NCBI GenBank assembly: GCA_964270895.1
Contig: OZ185439.1
Source of the DNA: Podarcis filfolensis
Taxonomy: Eukaryota
Length of the DNA: 64,000 bases
Direction: 5' to 3' (one strand)
In this document: positions 1 through 13,373 of the stretch, piece by piece
Position numbering within the stretch: the stretch's first letter is position 1
Layout of the letters: the number at the start of each line of letters is the position of its first letter
Notes under the pieces: generated by a model
Told to the model about the DNA's origin: nothing
What the model saw: the letters and a program-made list of their open reading frames with translations, nothing else
Databases searched by the model: none
Position numbers and translations under genes: made by a program

Positions 1-857
1 CTTTTCTAAGCAAGGATGACTTTGCTCTAGGGAAACTAACTTTGGTTTTGAGCCTGATCCTATGCATGTTACCTCTGAAATGAGTCCCACTGTGTTCCAT
101 GGAGCTTATTCCTTGGTAAGTTTGTTAGGATTGTAGCCTAAATATTGTTTTGGAGAGTGCATACGTACCTGCAGTTCTAGATCTAGCCATATTTGCTGAA
201 ACATTTCCCTAAGAAATTATAGGTGCCCCTTGATGTACTTTTGCTTTGTGTTACTTCTGTGTAGTAGTAGTATCACCACATAATACTAAACTACCTACCA
301 CTATGTGAATGGCTTGCTAATAATGTAATGTAGAAACCTGCTTTGTATGCCTCATGTGGTATGCATTATGCAGTAGTGAGTTGTCAACAAGTTCTTGCAA
401 TCTTTAAAAAAAAAACCCAAAACCTGCAGAGTTCTTTTCAATAAAGATAATATTTCTGAAGCCTCGTGGACTGCTTTAGTTGGAAGGTTTCACTTGTATT
501 TTGATGGCTGCATTTTCCTGAAATAATTTCATTCTATTGCTCTCTGTTGAATATACTTAAACCAACTTGTCCAAAGTCACCCAAGTGGTGCGTAATCATT
601 CACTTCTTTAAAATGTTTGTGTTTGTGTGTATTGAAGTTAATTTAGAATCCATTTTGTAGAGACATGAAGTTATTAAAGCTAAACAATGCCCTCAGAATT
701 AACTATATATAATGTCAGAATACCACATTCACAATTTCTGCATAGATGCCATTTTAGTTGCATGATGTGTCAAAAAACATGCAGATTTGCCTAAAAATAA
801 TTTTGCCAGCTTGTCCCCCAAAAGTCACAGGAATTTTGTCCTGGGTTGTGATAACAG

Positions 858-932
<75 letters not shown>
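858..932. repeat. Compound trinucleotide microsatellite (ATA)n(ATC)n
   Basis: Read directly; produces the poly-N/poly-H and poly-Y/poly-D ORFs. Confidence 0.98.
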
Positions 933-934
<2 letters not shown>

Positions 935-1001
935 AGGAAGACCCCAGATTTAAAAGGGCAGGAAGTGGACAGACTTTGGAAGGAATCCTGAGGGTCATTA
1001 G

Positions 1002-1005
<4 letters not shown>

Positions 1006-1034
<29 letters not shown>
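1006..1034. repeat. (CA)n microsatellite
   Basis: Read directly. Confidence 0.95.
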
Positions 1035-1037
<3 letters not shown>

Positions 1038-1973
1038 CACCCTATACCCGCAGGTCTCAGGGTAGTTCACAAGATAAAATTACAATATAAAAACCCAAAA
1101 TACAAAATCAAAATATGAACAAAAACAGCTGAATAACCACCCCAAAACACATAAAAACAGTTAAAAACAATTAAAAACAAGACACAATTGAAAAGCAGTT
1201 TAAAAGAATATAAACAGTAGTCTCTGCTGGGCAGCAGCAGTCCTTTTGTAGTCTATCAGGCCTGTCCTGGGCCTGGTAGACAGGCAGCAGCAGGACCTCC
1301 TGCAATGCAGGAATATGCACTGTCCCTTTTCAGGTATGGGGTGGGTGTGCAAGGACAGGGAATGTAAAACATAGCAAATAGGGATAAGTGGAAGCTGCTG
1401 TTGGAAAGAGGGAAGGAACCATGAGTAAAAGGAAGCAAGGTGTGAGGTAAGAGAACTGCTAAAAAGACAAGAGGCAGAGATAAAGAAGGCTGAAAATCTA
1501 AGAGCCCATCTTTTTGCACTCTTATTCAAAAGTCAGTCCCATGAATACAAGGAAGGTTACTCCTTGGTTTGTCCCCCTCCCACTTCCAGAGCTCTGTGGT
1601 CATAGAATGTTCTGGAGTAAAATCTTGAGCAGAGTTCATGGGCATAATTGGTGATGAGTTTTCAGTGTGCTTTCTGTTTTCTTGATGGCATTTCTGTTAC
1701 TTCCTGGTGTTGACTTTATTGGTGGGGTGGGAAGGACTCAAACAGTTCTAAATTGAAGAGCACTTCGACATACAAGCCTGTGTGTGGTTAATATAAAAGT
1801 GTATTAATAGGTAAGGAGGGCTGAATTTAGAAGAACTGTTTCTAACTGTTGAGGCCTTCGCCTATGTTTTCTGAATCTCCAACAGGCCTCAAAGCATATA
1901 AAATAATGTACAGGGAGTGTTTTTGTTCCAGGAAGAGGAATTTCACTTTACTAGAGCTGGAGTAATGATTACT

Positions 1974-2141
1974 CAGTGGCGTAGCGTGGGGGGTGCAGGG
2001 GGGGCCGGCTGCACCGGGCGCAACATCTGGGGGTTAGGGTTAGGGGGCGCAAATCCACGGGTTAGGGGGCGCAAATCCATGGGTTAGGGGTGCAAATTAC
2101 TTGCCTTGCCCCGGGTGCTGACAACCCACGCTACGCCACTG
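1974..2141. mobile_element. Non-autonomous hAT MITE (168 bp) with internal TTAGGG-containing repeats
   Basis: Perfect 17-bp TIRs CAGTGGCGTAGCGTGGG / CCCACGCTACGCCACTG. Perfect 8-bp TSD TGATTACT (1966-1973 and 2142-2149). Confidence 0.93.
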
Positions 2142-5100
2142 TGATTACTTCACAACTTTCCTTACTTAGTAGGGTAAATGTAGTATTTGACACCATTTAG
2201 ATTATTTGCCATGAAGAAGCTGTTGTTTTTCTGTGTTTGCATCAGCAGTAGGACAACAGGGGGTATATACTGAGTGTATATACTGAGTGTATATACTGAG
2301 TGTCAGGATTCCCAGCACTGAAGCATTCGTTATCACAGCAACTTCATAAAAAACAAACAAACCCTGTGGGCTGGACAGGCATTAAACTAAATTTATTTTT
2401 CACCAGCCTGCTTCTAATGCCAGAATTGCACTGGATTTGTGGGTAGGGAGAATCATGATTTGATGGAATACAGGGAGTTACAGCAGGGGACAAAAATTTA
2501 GTTCTGCTTGTCAATGTGCACCTTTTGTTGTAAAAAATAGAACCTACCATTTTAGATTCACATGACTGCACCATTTGCACGAGTCAGTGTGGCTGCCCCT
2601 ACCATGTTTCGTTTGGCCTGCATTCTTCCCTTAGTAGTGCCATGCAGAACTGTGTGCTGTATTCTTCACATGACGTATGCTATGCTGTGCTTCTACCAAG
2701 CTAACATGGTAATTAGCAGGGCATGAATAAGGTGGAGAATGAAGCAGGCTGGTGAAAAATCTGCTGGTTTCCATGAGATGGAGGTATAATTTTGTGGCCC
2801 CGTACTTGTAATTTATTTTTGCTCTGGCATTTCCCCCGAGCATTGTTTGCTTATTTGTTCTGAAATTTTTTTGACTGCTTTCATACTTTTTTTAAAAAAA
2901 GTCTAAGCAGTTTTCAACTTGGTGCTTTAAAGCATGGAGCTGTGCCCTAAAACATAACATGAGAATATGACACACAGATACTAAAAGCAGGATAAAAATG
3001 TAAACACATCAGAGGGGGAGAAAGATATAAGAAGAAAAAGAAAAGAAAAGAAAATCAGGAAAGGCGGGGGGGGGGGGAGAGAGAGACGTTTTTAATAAAG
3101 TGCCTAAAGCAGGTAACTGACGGTGTCCTGAGGATCTCAGAATAATCATTTAGCAATGTTCTCCACTGGAGATACCTGAACTGTCAAACGTCACATCATA
3201 GTTCTTATAGTGCCTGTAGATCATGGGGTTCTCTGCTTAGCCTAAGTAACAATGGTTATAAGAAAATTAGTTTCCATTTACAAAAGGAATACTGATATTC
3301 TCTGGGTGCTGCATGTACAGCTAGATTCCAGGCCAGAGAACTGGCCTATGACTGCACTCACATGTAATGCTAAGCTATGATGCTAAGCTATGATGGCTGT
3401 TTTTGTGAAACCCAACTGCTCACAAATTGCATGCAACCTGAGCACTCCTGCTTTGCGTCTCCCTTCCAGCAACAGGGAAACAAACCATGGAGCATCTGGT
3501 TTAGCTTTATCTCTGCACCTGCAATCCTGGACTGTTTGACCCATGACTGCAGGTTCAGACACAGCTTTAAGCCAGACAGCTCGTGCACAGTATGGTTTAG
3601 CTAACCATCCTTAATGGTTAAACCTTGTATGTGAATGCAGCCTTTGCTTTGTTGGGTGACACCTCTGCACGTTTTCACCCCTATGAAATATACTCTTGTC
3701 GCGTCCTTATTCTGGACATTCACTATTTTAATGCTTATTTGTTGTGAACGGGGGTCGGGGTTGGATTTTCAGTTTTCTACACGGATGTCATTTTGTCTCA
3801 TTATAACTGAAGGGGTGGTTAACGCATCTGCTCGCCCAGCAGTTACTCATTTCAGCCATGCATGCCAAAGCTGTGCTTCCCCATGTACTGCTCCCGAACA
3901 ACCCTGAATTGTTTCAATAGGACTTGTGTGGGAGTGGAGTCTGGTGGATTGCAGCCTTGGTGGCTCTTCAATAGCCAAAGCATTATTGCATGAGCAGGAA
4001 ATCAAGAAAGCCGCATGCATGCAGACGGATGCTTTTTCCAACATATAATCAGGTTAATGAAGTTAAAATGGTCTGTTGTGTAATCCCTCAGTCTAACAGG
4101 GTTCATGAAAGGATACGGCAAATTGAGGCTGAGAGCACTGGTGGCTGTTAGTAGGCAAAGTCAGGAGGTGCAGCTTCGCACCCAGCTTGTGTAGGAAAGT
4201 GGAAGTGGACAATTCGGAGAGAGTTGCTCTGTAACAAAACTTGTGGCATCTCTGAAACACCTAATACAGTGACTTGATGCTGAGTAAGGTAGAGTAAGGA
4301 GAGTGCTATGGTATTTTGGTCCGTAGGCTTGACTATTTGTGTTGCAATCCAATTCATGCTTTTATTTTTAGAAGAGCACGTTTAGCTGTCATCATTGTGG
4401 GAAGATGCTCGTTAAAGGGACAGAAAGCAAAAGTGGGCCTTGCTAGGATTTAAAATTAAGGTTTGTGAGGGGACCTCTTTCCCCTTGGCTCCTTTTCTCT
4501 CCTTATACCACCAGGCAAGGGCCATATCCCCTATCAGCCTTTGCTAGTCCTGGCTCTGTCAAATTAATTTGAACTGTATGGAATTTCCTTCAAAACCAAT
4601 GGTGCAATATTAAGCATATTTATAGAGACATGGCATTCTGAGCACGGAATTTGGGTCCTGTTGATTTAAGACTTGCTCCTAAGTAGACATGCATGAAGAT
4701 TGGCTTCTAGCTTCTAAACAGCACAATCTCCTTTGCCAAAGTGGATATTGTAAATTAAGTGTAAATCTAACCCGGACTCCATGGAGGGCATTGCATTGGT
4801 CTATAATGGAAAACAGAGAAACCTATTGAGAGAATGAGTAGCTCAATAAGGTCATGGGGCATACTTGGTTTTTTTTTTTTTTTGGGTGGAGGGAACCTTC
4901 ATTCATACATTATACAGTATCAAGAGATTTTGTTGTATACTATGTGTATACTTGGTAAACTCTGTAACTATTTTCAAGGACAAATAGTCCTAAATGAGGA
5001 ACGGGGAGGAAACATTATTATTACACTGACAAAAATAAATCCTTCCATACTTATGTATGAATCAGCCACTGAGGGCAGTGTTTGGCATTATGCTGTTCTA

Positions 5101-6029
5101 CTCTTTCAAAGAAGATATCTGAAAAAAGTACTTATTTTGGAATATTTTTGTTCATCCCGAAGACATTTCTATGAATGTACATGCAAAGTGCACCCAAATT
5201 TCTATACTTCCAGCCACACTGTTTTTGAATGTCCGGGACCTGAAATTTAAGTAGTTTTAAGTAGCGCTGAGCCAAAATGGGAGATGAGCACTGAGTTTCA
5301 TGAACATTTTCTTTCTGTGAGAGATGTGCTTCCCTTTTCTGGACAATTTTGCACAGCCCTTTGTGAAAGGGGTATGAAACTCCTTGCAAGGTGTTAGGTA
5401 TGTAGAGGTGGGGAGGCATCCCTGTTGCTGAGGCACAATTACTGCTCCATTGCAGCAGTTTAGTTACATGTAGTTGATTTCATTACGGCAGGATAGGGAT
5501 GCACATCTGAACATAGTTGTACACAAGGCTTATTGTGACAACACTCACTGGTACAGAGTACTGGAACCTCTTACTTTGGCCGTCCTTAGCAGCCATTTTG
5601 TGATGGTACTCAAAGCACTTTTAACAGTGCAGAATATGCATACTAGCATCTCTCTTCTTCTTTTTGCATAGGAGTATCCTATTGAAATCAGTGCAGTGGA
5701 GATGGTTAGTGTCTGCATCTGAATCCATATTCCTATGTGCTGTCTGTCCTAGCTCATGTCGTGCAACAAGAAAAGGAGGGACATTTGCTGTGTAATGCTG
5801 GCATATGATGAAATTGCCTAGTGAAGCAAGTTGGGGACCAACAGCCTGGTGGCCTGAGCTTTAGGCATGCATTCTCTCTTTCCTTGTTTTCCTTCAGTGT
5901 GAGGGCAGTGGGTAAGCTTCATTTGCCCTTGCTGAAATCATCGTATGTTCAAATATGGCTGTGCGATGACTTAATTCTGTTCACAGTGTGTGATCCCTAG
6001 TTAGCTAGAATTGCATAGTGAAGAAGCCC

Positions 6030-6031
<2 letters not shown>

Positions 6032-6064
<33 letters not shown>
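6032..6064. repeat. (GT)n microsatellite
   Basis: Read directly. Confidence 0.95.
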
Positions 6065-6066
<2 letters not shown>

Positions 6067-6534
6067 ACACATACATATATAAAAACAATAGGAACAATGG
6101 CAATGAACAGGCATGGAAGAAGGTAGGAGGTTTCTTGCAAACTTTTTGCCCCCTTCAATACGTAGCGCTTGCTTTTGAAATAAAAAACATTTGTGAAAAC
6201 CTGGCACAGCACTGTTTTTAGTGTCATGTTTCCCAGATGAGCCCTGAAGCTCTTTGCAAAATCTAGGCCCAGTCAGAAAAGTCAATTGCTGTTTTGCTAT
6301 GTTTAGGCAGTATACAATTCAGTGGTTTCAGTTTGTCGGGTGTGCTGTCCCCTCGTTTAGAAAGAGAATTGGCAAGGCTGCTGGCATTTTCTTAAGTACA
6401 TGCTGTGGAGTGGCAACACAGAACATAGTGATAATGTTACACAAATAAAGTTACTTCCTTATTGCTGCTAGCGCCATTAGGGGATATGAAAATCTCTTAT
6501 GTAGGATTATTTTATGCAAGTTTAGTTAGAAGTA

Positions 6535-6710
6535 CTGTATTTACTTGAGTCTAATGCCCCATCAAATCTAACACACAGCTCAGTTTCAGAACCTTGAAAC
6601 AACTAAAAAAAGTTGGCAAGTGTAAATGTGCCACCGAATCTAATGCACACCCTAATTTTCGCAACATAATTTGGCCAAAAAAGGTGAGCATTAGATTTGA
6701 GTAAATACGG
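6535..6710. mobile_element. Tc1/mariner-superfamily (Tc2-like) MITE
   Basis: Flanked by TA. Imperfect TIRs CTGTATTTACTTGAGTCTAATGC vs reverse complement CCGTATTTACTCAAATCTAATGC. Confidence 0.8.
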
Positions 6711-8585
6711 TAATTCTTACTGATTTCAGAAGTGCTAATTCATGTTTAAGTGTACAGTGGATTTGAACCTTGATTGATTTTATTTTAGCCACTTATAACC
6801 CATCTCTCAATTCAATAGATTCATAAAGTGGCTTATAAAATCATGGAAGGCCAAAAAAATTACATAATCCATAAAAATAGTAACATAAAATGGCAACATA
6901 AAACAGTGGCATTGTTGTTGTTTGTTAAAAGCCTGGGTAAATGCATATGTTTTGGTTTGATATATTTTTAAAAGCCAGTTACCCCCAAGGTCCTGATCCT
7001 GCAAATGTTTTCATGAATTAAACTGCTGAAGTTTCTTCTCTGATGTGTTAAGGCTTGCACTGCTTATCTGATAGGATATTTTTGTCTGTAGAAATTGAGG
7101 ATATTTTTGTCTGCATGAAATGAGGCATATGGATACTGATTATCAAAAGATCTTTCCGGATTGTTTTAAAATTTATTCATGAGGATCATCATAATGGAAA
7201 GGTCCTCCCAGATCCTTTGCTCTATACTTGTTTTGTTGTAATGGATTTGGGTTTATTTGTTTTGGTTTTGGTTTTACTCCCAGAAGCACCCCTTATTGGT
7301 CTGTTTCAGTTTTAATTCTGATTGAATTTCTCTTTCTTCTGTCCTTTTTTTCTGTTTTAGCCCTTGATTTCTGGTAAATGAAATACAGATGTTATTGAAT
7401 CATTTTGAATTCTGTAAGGGCTTGTTCATCTCTCTCTCTTTTAACCTGAGTACTCAAACTACCAGAATTTAAATAGCAAATTCCATGTGTTGTGCCATCA
7501 GTTGTGGATGATTCATGCCCATTTAAGTGGCTGGGCTTCCCTGCAATAAACAGAAGTGGGGCCCAATCCTTTTTCAGTCACCATTTCTGTGCACACTGCA
7601 GAGAAACCTAACCATTTAAATGCCCAGGTACCGTTTAGAACTGATGGCACGGCTAAAGTAGTTTGTCATTTAAAAAAATGTAGCATGTGTCCACATTTAA
7701 AAAGTAAAGTGTGAATGGCTCTGAAGCTGGGTTTCCAAATATATATTTGCAGATGCGTTTTATATATGGTGCACATGAATGTGTCACTGTTGTGTGCAGT
7801 GTGTCCCGAGTTCATTACACACGACTGAATTCTGACAGATAACTGAGCCACAGTATACAAGATGAACGTGATTGCAGGTGGCATTGAGATGCCAGCGACC
7901 ATTGTGTGCAATGTCAGCTGTGCTGGGTTACTCCTGATTTTATGGATTTAGAGATCTACCTTCTGACTCTTCTCTTCCCACCTCAAGGTATTGGAGCTGC
8001 GACAACATATGTAGGATGTAGGCCTCTTAAACTCTTTTGCAGGGCCGATATTTTTAGAATACGCAGACCACATACATGGGATGTTGTCCAGTACCTGGTA
8101 ATATCTAGGAAGTGCAAATACTTGGGGATAGAGAGAGTTTAATTATATGTGCCAGATTTGTGTGATACAAAATACCTGTTTTGCCTGAACTCCTATCCCA
8201 GAACCCTGTGGCAAAGGAGAGGCTTGCAGTAGGCGATGCTTTTTGACAGAACTGGGCTGCTTACTTCTGCATGTATATTGTTCTTCCTGTTTGGCCAAGA
8301 AAATAGGGGTGGTGTATATATTGTGGAACTATATGTTGGCTCCTTTCACTGGATTCTAATCCAAATGAAATCCAGCTTGAAAGCACTTGGATTTCAGCTG
8401 CTGCCTAACCAGATGGACTTAATATTTTGGTTATGCGGCAAGATGACTTGGTCTTTCTGTTATTCTGACACTTCTGAAGCTTAGCGACTGCTTTAAAACC
8501 AGGTGCCTCTGGAGAACTGCTGAGCATTGCTGGCTTGAGAAAGCTGATTTGGTGGCCAAAAGTTTACCCATAGGAAAGATCACGA

Positions 8586-8800
8586 ATGCAGCCAGTGTGG
8601 TGTAGTGGTTATAGTGTCAGGCTAGGACCAGGGAGGTTCAGGTTCAGATTCCCATGCCGCCACAAAGCTTGCTGGGTGATACTAGGTTGAATAATAGTGA
8701 CTGGCCCAATAGGATTGCCATGAGGGGAAAGGAAAGGCACAGGACACCCTGTACAACTGCCCTGAGGTAGGATGGATGATATATTTAGCCCCAAGAGGTC
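8586..8800 (+). mobile_element. Old tRNA-derived SINE (Squam3/CORE-like), degraded
   Basis: A-box-like AGTGTGGTGTAGTGG and B-box-like GGTTCAGATTCC. Same head as the minus-strand copy at 32636-32860. Confidence 0.55.
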
Positions 8801-9139
8801 CAACATGACCTCCTTTAAGGTTTTATTAGCTACAGAGACCACAGCTTTCCTGCATGTCTGTAGACTGTCTGATATTCCTATCAGGCTGGTCGTAGGAGGC
8901 CAGCTGTGGGAACCGCCCCACACTTATCAGAAAGGGAGCTGTGTATTTCTTAGAAACTGAACACTGCTGTTGCTAGGTTTCTGGAGGAAGAGTTAGCACT
9001 ATTTTTGTGGCTTTAGGTTTGTGCCTGCTTTATTGCAATCCTGGCTTCTGCTTCTACAGACTTTAATGCCATGAGATCTTTTTGCTGGAAAGGACCTGCA
9101 GGTCATCTAGTCCAACAACTGTCCTGTATAACCAAATGT

Positions 9140-9258
9140 TCCTGATGCAGTGGTGCTCTCCAGATGCTGTGGACGACAACTCCCATCATCTTTGAGCATG
9201 CAGCTGATGGGAGTTGTAATCTGAAACCTTTTGAGGGTACCATCTTGGCTACCCCTGC
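9140..9258. repeat. Short palindromic hAT-derived lizard repeat (ACTACAACTCCC...GGGAGTTGTAGT family)
   Basis: Internal inverted motifs gacaactcccatca / tgatgggagttgta. Related copies near 13374-13512, 21075-21212 and 38165-38265. Confidence 0.6.
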
Positions 9259-10035
9259 TCGAGCAGAGCACTCTGGTTGAGGACAGCAGGATCCAAGGTG
9301 CCTAATGAAAGAAGAGGTGCCTCTTATCTTAAACTAAAGACTATTAGCTTTTTTCAATACAGATAGTTGAAAATACACACAAGGCATGGTGAACAAAATT
9401 CCTTTGGAGTTATCACTGGTCTGACCCTGGTGATGTGTACATTCTGAGCATGAAAGCAAGCTTCAAGGTACTCTTGAAGTTGCCCTTGCAGTTTAGAAAT
9501 ATTACCTAAAGCCTTTTGGAATATGTGGATTTTATGAAAAAGTGTCAACTTACCATGTTATGAAAATATTGAAAACTGCCAACAATAAGATACTTTATTT
9601 TATCTATAAAGCTGAGCAATATGTTTGAGTTGTTTTGTTTTTGTTCTGTAACTTTTATTTTATTACGTGTTATTGTAACTGAATATTGGTTTATATGGCT
9701 TAGTAACATTGAAAATGAAACACACACACCACAAAAGTGTCTGAAATATTGCTCAGGCCTCTCTAAACCTGGATCATAAATATCTGATACAGACACCTAG
9801 CTCTTTACCACCACCACGTCCAACCCTGATTTTTTTAGTGTTGATGCTATACTTTTGTGTCTTTTGGCCAGAGCTCTACAAACGGCATTGCAGCAAAAGT
9901 GCCACAGATCTAACAAACATAGTTTGATAACCGCCATACTCAGAAATGTTCGGTGAAATAACTGCCTGATCTGGATCCAAATGTAGATTACTGATAGTTC
10001 TCCTGGTTACTTTCAAATTCCAGACCATACATATT

Positions 10036-10147
10036 GTTGTCATTTAGTCGTTTCCGACTCTTCATGACCCCGTGGACCAGAGCACGCTAGGCACTCCTGT
10101 CTTCCACTGCCTCCTGCAGTTTGGCCAAACTCATGTTGGTAGCTCCG
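10036..10147 (-). mobile_element. 5'-truncated RTE/Bov-B LINE 3' end
   Basis: Sequence ttagtcg...tccgactcttcatgaccccgtggaccagagcacgctaggcac matches my recollection of the squamate Bov-B 3' terminus in reverse. Exact 14-bp TSD AGACCATACATATT at 10022-10035 and 10148-10161. Confidence 0.85.
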
Positions 10148-10789
10148 AGACCATACATATTAATCCATTTCTAATCTTGATTCCTTGTTGGTTTCTCAGT
10201 GCTGAAACCTTTGGCGTATTCTCTTTCTGCTCCTGTGTTGTAGTGATTCCTAATGGTTATGACAAAACATTTTGCTGGTTGGTTGAGTTCCGCAATATTT
10301 CAGCCTTGGCTCTTCACTACCTTCCAAGCTCTCATGGAGACAAGAAGAAATCATGCTGCACATGTTATTATTGTAGAAGAGATGAGCTGATTGTGATGTA
10401 AAACCTGGGGCCAACCTAGAGGTGACTGCAACAGTCCCTTGCATTTAAACGCGGAACTACCTCCGTCACGTGCAAAGATGGAAGGAATCTCATGGAATGG
10501 AGAAGAATCCTTGCTCCACCCAGAATGTCTCTCCCTGAGCACCTTTTTACGCCTCTGATCCCAGCAGTAACCTTGGCTGGGTGAAAAGCACTTGGAACTT
10601 GGGGGGGGGGGAGTTGCAGAGGGGGTTTAGAGCCCCCTCGCACACATTGCTTTGCTGCTGTAAAAATGATGTTCTCTTTGCCTCCCACCTTCCTGTGACT
10701 GAGGTAGCCCTGTGTTTGAATGCACAGACTTGTTGCTATCATTCTGTGTTTGAGTCTTGGTACCGGGTTTCAGCAGTGGGGCAGTGTGA

Positions 10790-10882
10790 CTCCAGTGGGA
10801 AGCTAGGATCTGGAAGACCTGGGCTCAAATCTAAACTCTGCTATGAAGTTCAGCGGGTGACCTTGGGCTAGTTGCACATTCT
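10790..10882 (+). mobile_element. Degraded SINE fragment (Squam3/MIR-like)
   Basis: gacctgggctcaaatc B-box remnant followed by gggtgaccttgggctagt. Confidence 0.45.
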
Positions 10883-13373
10883 ACTTGAGCTGCTTGACCC
10901 TATGGTACTAAATCTCTTTTTTTGCTGGAGCATATTTTTAGGTTTATTCTAGTGAGGGCAGACCAGTGAAGAAGCATGTGACTCTATTAGGATGCAGGTA
11001 CATTCTGACTGGATTCTAACTATCACTCTGTGACTTGACCTACGCCTCAAGTTAAAACATAGCTCAGGCTCAAACCTGCCCAATTGCTTCCTCTGCCATT
11101 CTGAATTTTAGCTTAATATAATTCCTCCCAGGGTGTGATCCGAAGGCATATGATGCTGCAGTCTTGCTGGTCTTAAGTCAGGTCTTTGCTTAGATGGAAG
11201 ACCAGTCGCCTTAGGAACCCAAGTTCCATCATGGAAGAAAGGCAGAATAATAAATTGAATAATAATATAAATCTTAAGGAAATATAAATTCATCAGTACA
11301 GATATTTAAAATCAATTGACATGTCCAACTGATCCCAAAGGTCTTGGCACCCAGAAACCAAGCGAAGAAACATTGTTTGAGATGGGCAGTGAAACAGATC
11401 AAACTGCAAGTAATTTACAGTACTGTGTCAGTTTTTATTTCAAGTCACATTTATTTGTTCTAATTGAAAAAGTGAACTTGGAAAAACAGAGGCTGGGTTA
11501 TTTTCACACATAGGCTTGATTTTAAATGGCCACTTTTGACATGGAAAAGTCATCACTAGATAGCATCCTGGTAACTTGGTGAAGTGCAGAGGTCTTTTAT
11601 ATGTACCCCTTGATAAAATGGTCACTGTTTTATTATACCATTAGAAGTGTTGCATTGTCATCAGGTGGTGACTCTTATATGTGTAAAAAATGTCCATATG
11701 AATTGTTTCCCAAGTATATTTTTATAATTATTATGTTTAGAGTGGCTGTGCCATCTTAGTAGTGTATAGTAATAAAAATAAGGACACAGGCAGTGCCCAT
11801 GGATGTAACATTTTAAATATAAAACACATGTAGTGACACTCCAGTGAATTTAAATATATGTAAAGAGAATCTTGTGAGTTGCAATCAATTTCCAGGATTG
11901 CTTGCTTCTCCAAGAGTTATCGGTACTTTCTATGCCTCTGTAGGGGTTAACTTTGGGTATTCATGAGGCTGTATTTCTAAAGGTCGTTTTTCCATTCCCT
12001 GGAACAACATATTTTATTTAAATAAAGAAACTAGGTTAAGCAGATGTATTATTTTACATTGTCTTGCTTGTGCTGAGGACTTGACGTTGCTTAATATTTC
12101 AATAACTTACTAGTAGCAAAGGTCTGGGTTAGCAGTCCTGCTCAAAGCATTGCAATTGCCATTTTGCAAACTGGCCCTCGTACTCTAGTGGGTGTATTAT
12201 AGTCATTGGCCTAGATAGCACATCATATGAAACCATGGTTTTCAACTAGCTGTGGTGCAATTTGAATGAGAAATGTGCTGGTGCATTCTGTTCAGATGTT
12301 TCTGCAGGGGTGGTCCCCTCCTCCTGCTGTTGCCATACTGCAGATGAAAGAAGACTGAGTTTGGCTTGTTGTTCAGACCAGGCTTGTGGATTGTTTTCTT
12401 CAAACAAACCATAAGCAGTAAGCCCAGAACAAACATTGGTTATCACTCAGGATTTCTTTGGAGGAAAGAAACTATGAGCTCAAGTCCAGGCAACACAACA
12501 ATCCAGCCTTCTAAGGAACACCACAGGAACTTTTGAGCAGAGTTCAAAAGTACTCTACTCTTTGTAGCACAATAAGTTATTTGGACGAGTACACTACTCA
12601 TGCACATTAAACCCGTTCTTGTTATCAGATTATGGTTTAAAGTGACGTGTGAACTGGGCCAATGTGTTGTATGCCTTTTATTCACCAGGTTAGGTCAGGT
12701 CTGTACATTTAAATAACCTTCCAGGATGTGTTGTTCCAAAACACGACTTCTCTTGAATTCCTATTTCTTTCAACGAGTCTAGTATAGCAGCAGAACTGTG
12801 AATTATGTCCCCTTCCCTACGCTTCTTAAGTTCATCAGTATGAATGTGCAAAGAAGGCTGTTGACTCTATTCTGTCTTGGATTTTGCAGTTTACAGGGAA
12901 CGTCAACAGCAACACGGGTTTATATGGGGAGACGGGAGAGAAACAGCCTCATTGTTCTGTTGCTCATATGTTTCTGCATGCTGCCTTGATGTGAAAAGAT
13001 CTTTAGCTGCTTTGATGTATGAATTGTTTTAGAAATGTGAAAGTACATTCCTCCTTTGTAATATCCACTTTGGGGGAAAAAGACGATGGTAGGTTAGGTT
13101 ACAGAGAAGGGCGGGTAGAATGGGTTTGCTCCCTAGTGCCGTTCTGCAAACTGTTGTGCAAAGCACTAGGGGAGACCTTGCTGCACAAAGTACCTGCAGC
13201 TGCAAAGGCATTATGCAACGGCATGCCTGTACACTGGGTACATGAAGCTCTCCAGTGCATAGTAAATATTTCTCTGTTGCAAAGCTTGTTTTGCAGCAGG
13301 GTTTGGGGGATTTCAAACACCTTACTTGCCAATGTTTCCCAGTGAGGAACTGCATATAACCCAGCTGTTAGGA

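Noticed and set aside
758-1070. ORFs with poly-N/poly-H and poly-D/poly-Y runs
   Set aside because: Translations of the (ATA)n(ATC)n microsatellite; no splice or homology support.
2030-2090. Interstitial telomere or chromosome fusion scar
   Set aside because: Only two to three adjacent TTAGGG units, enclosed within TIRs and a TSD, so it is transposon cargo.
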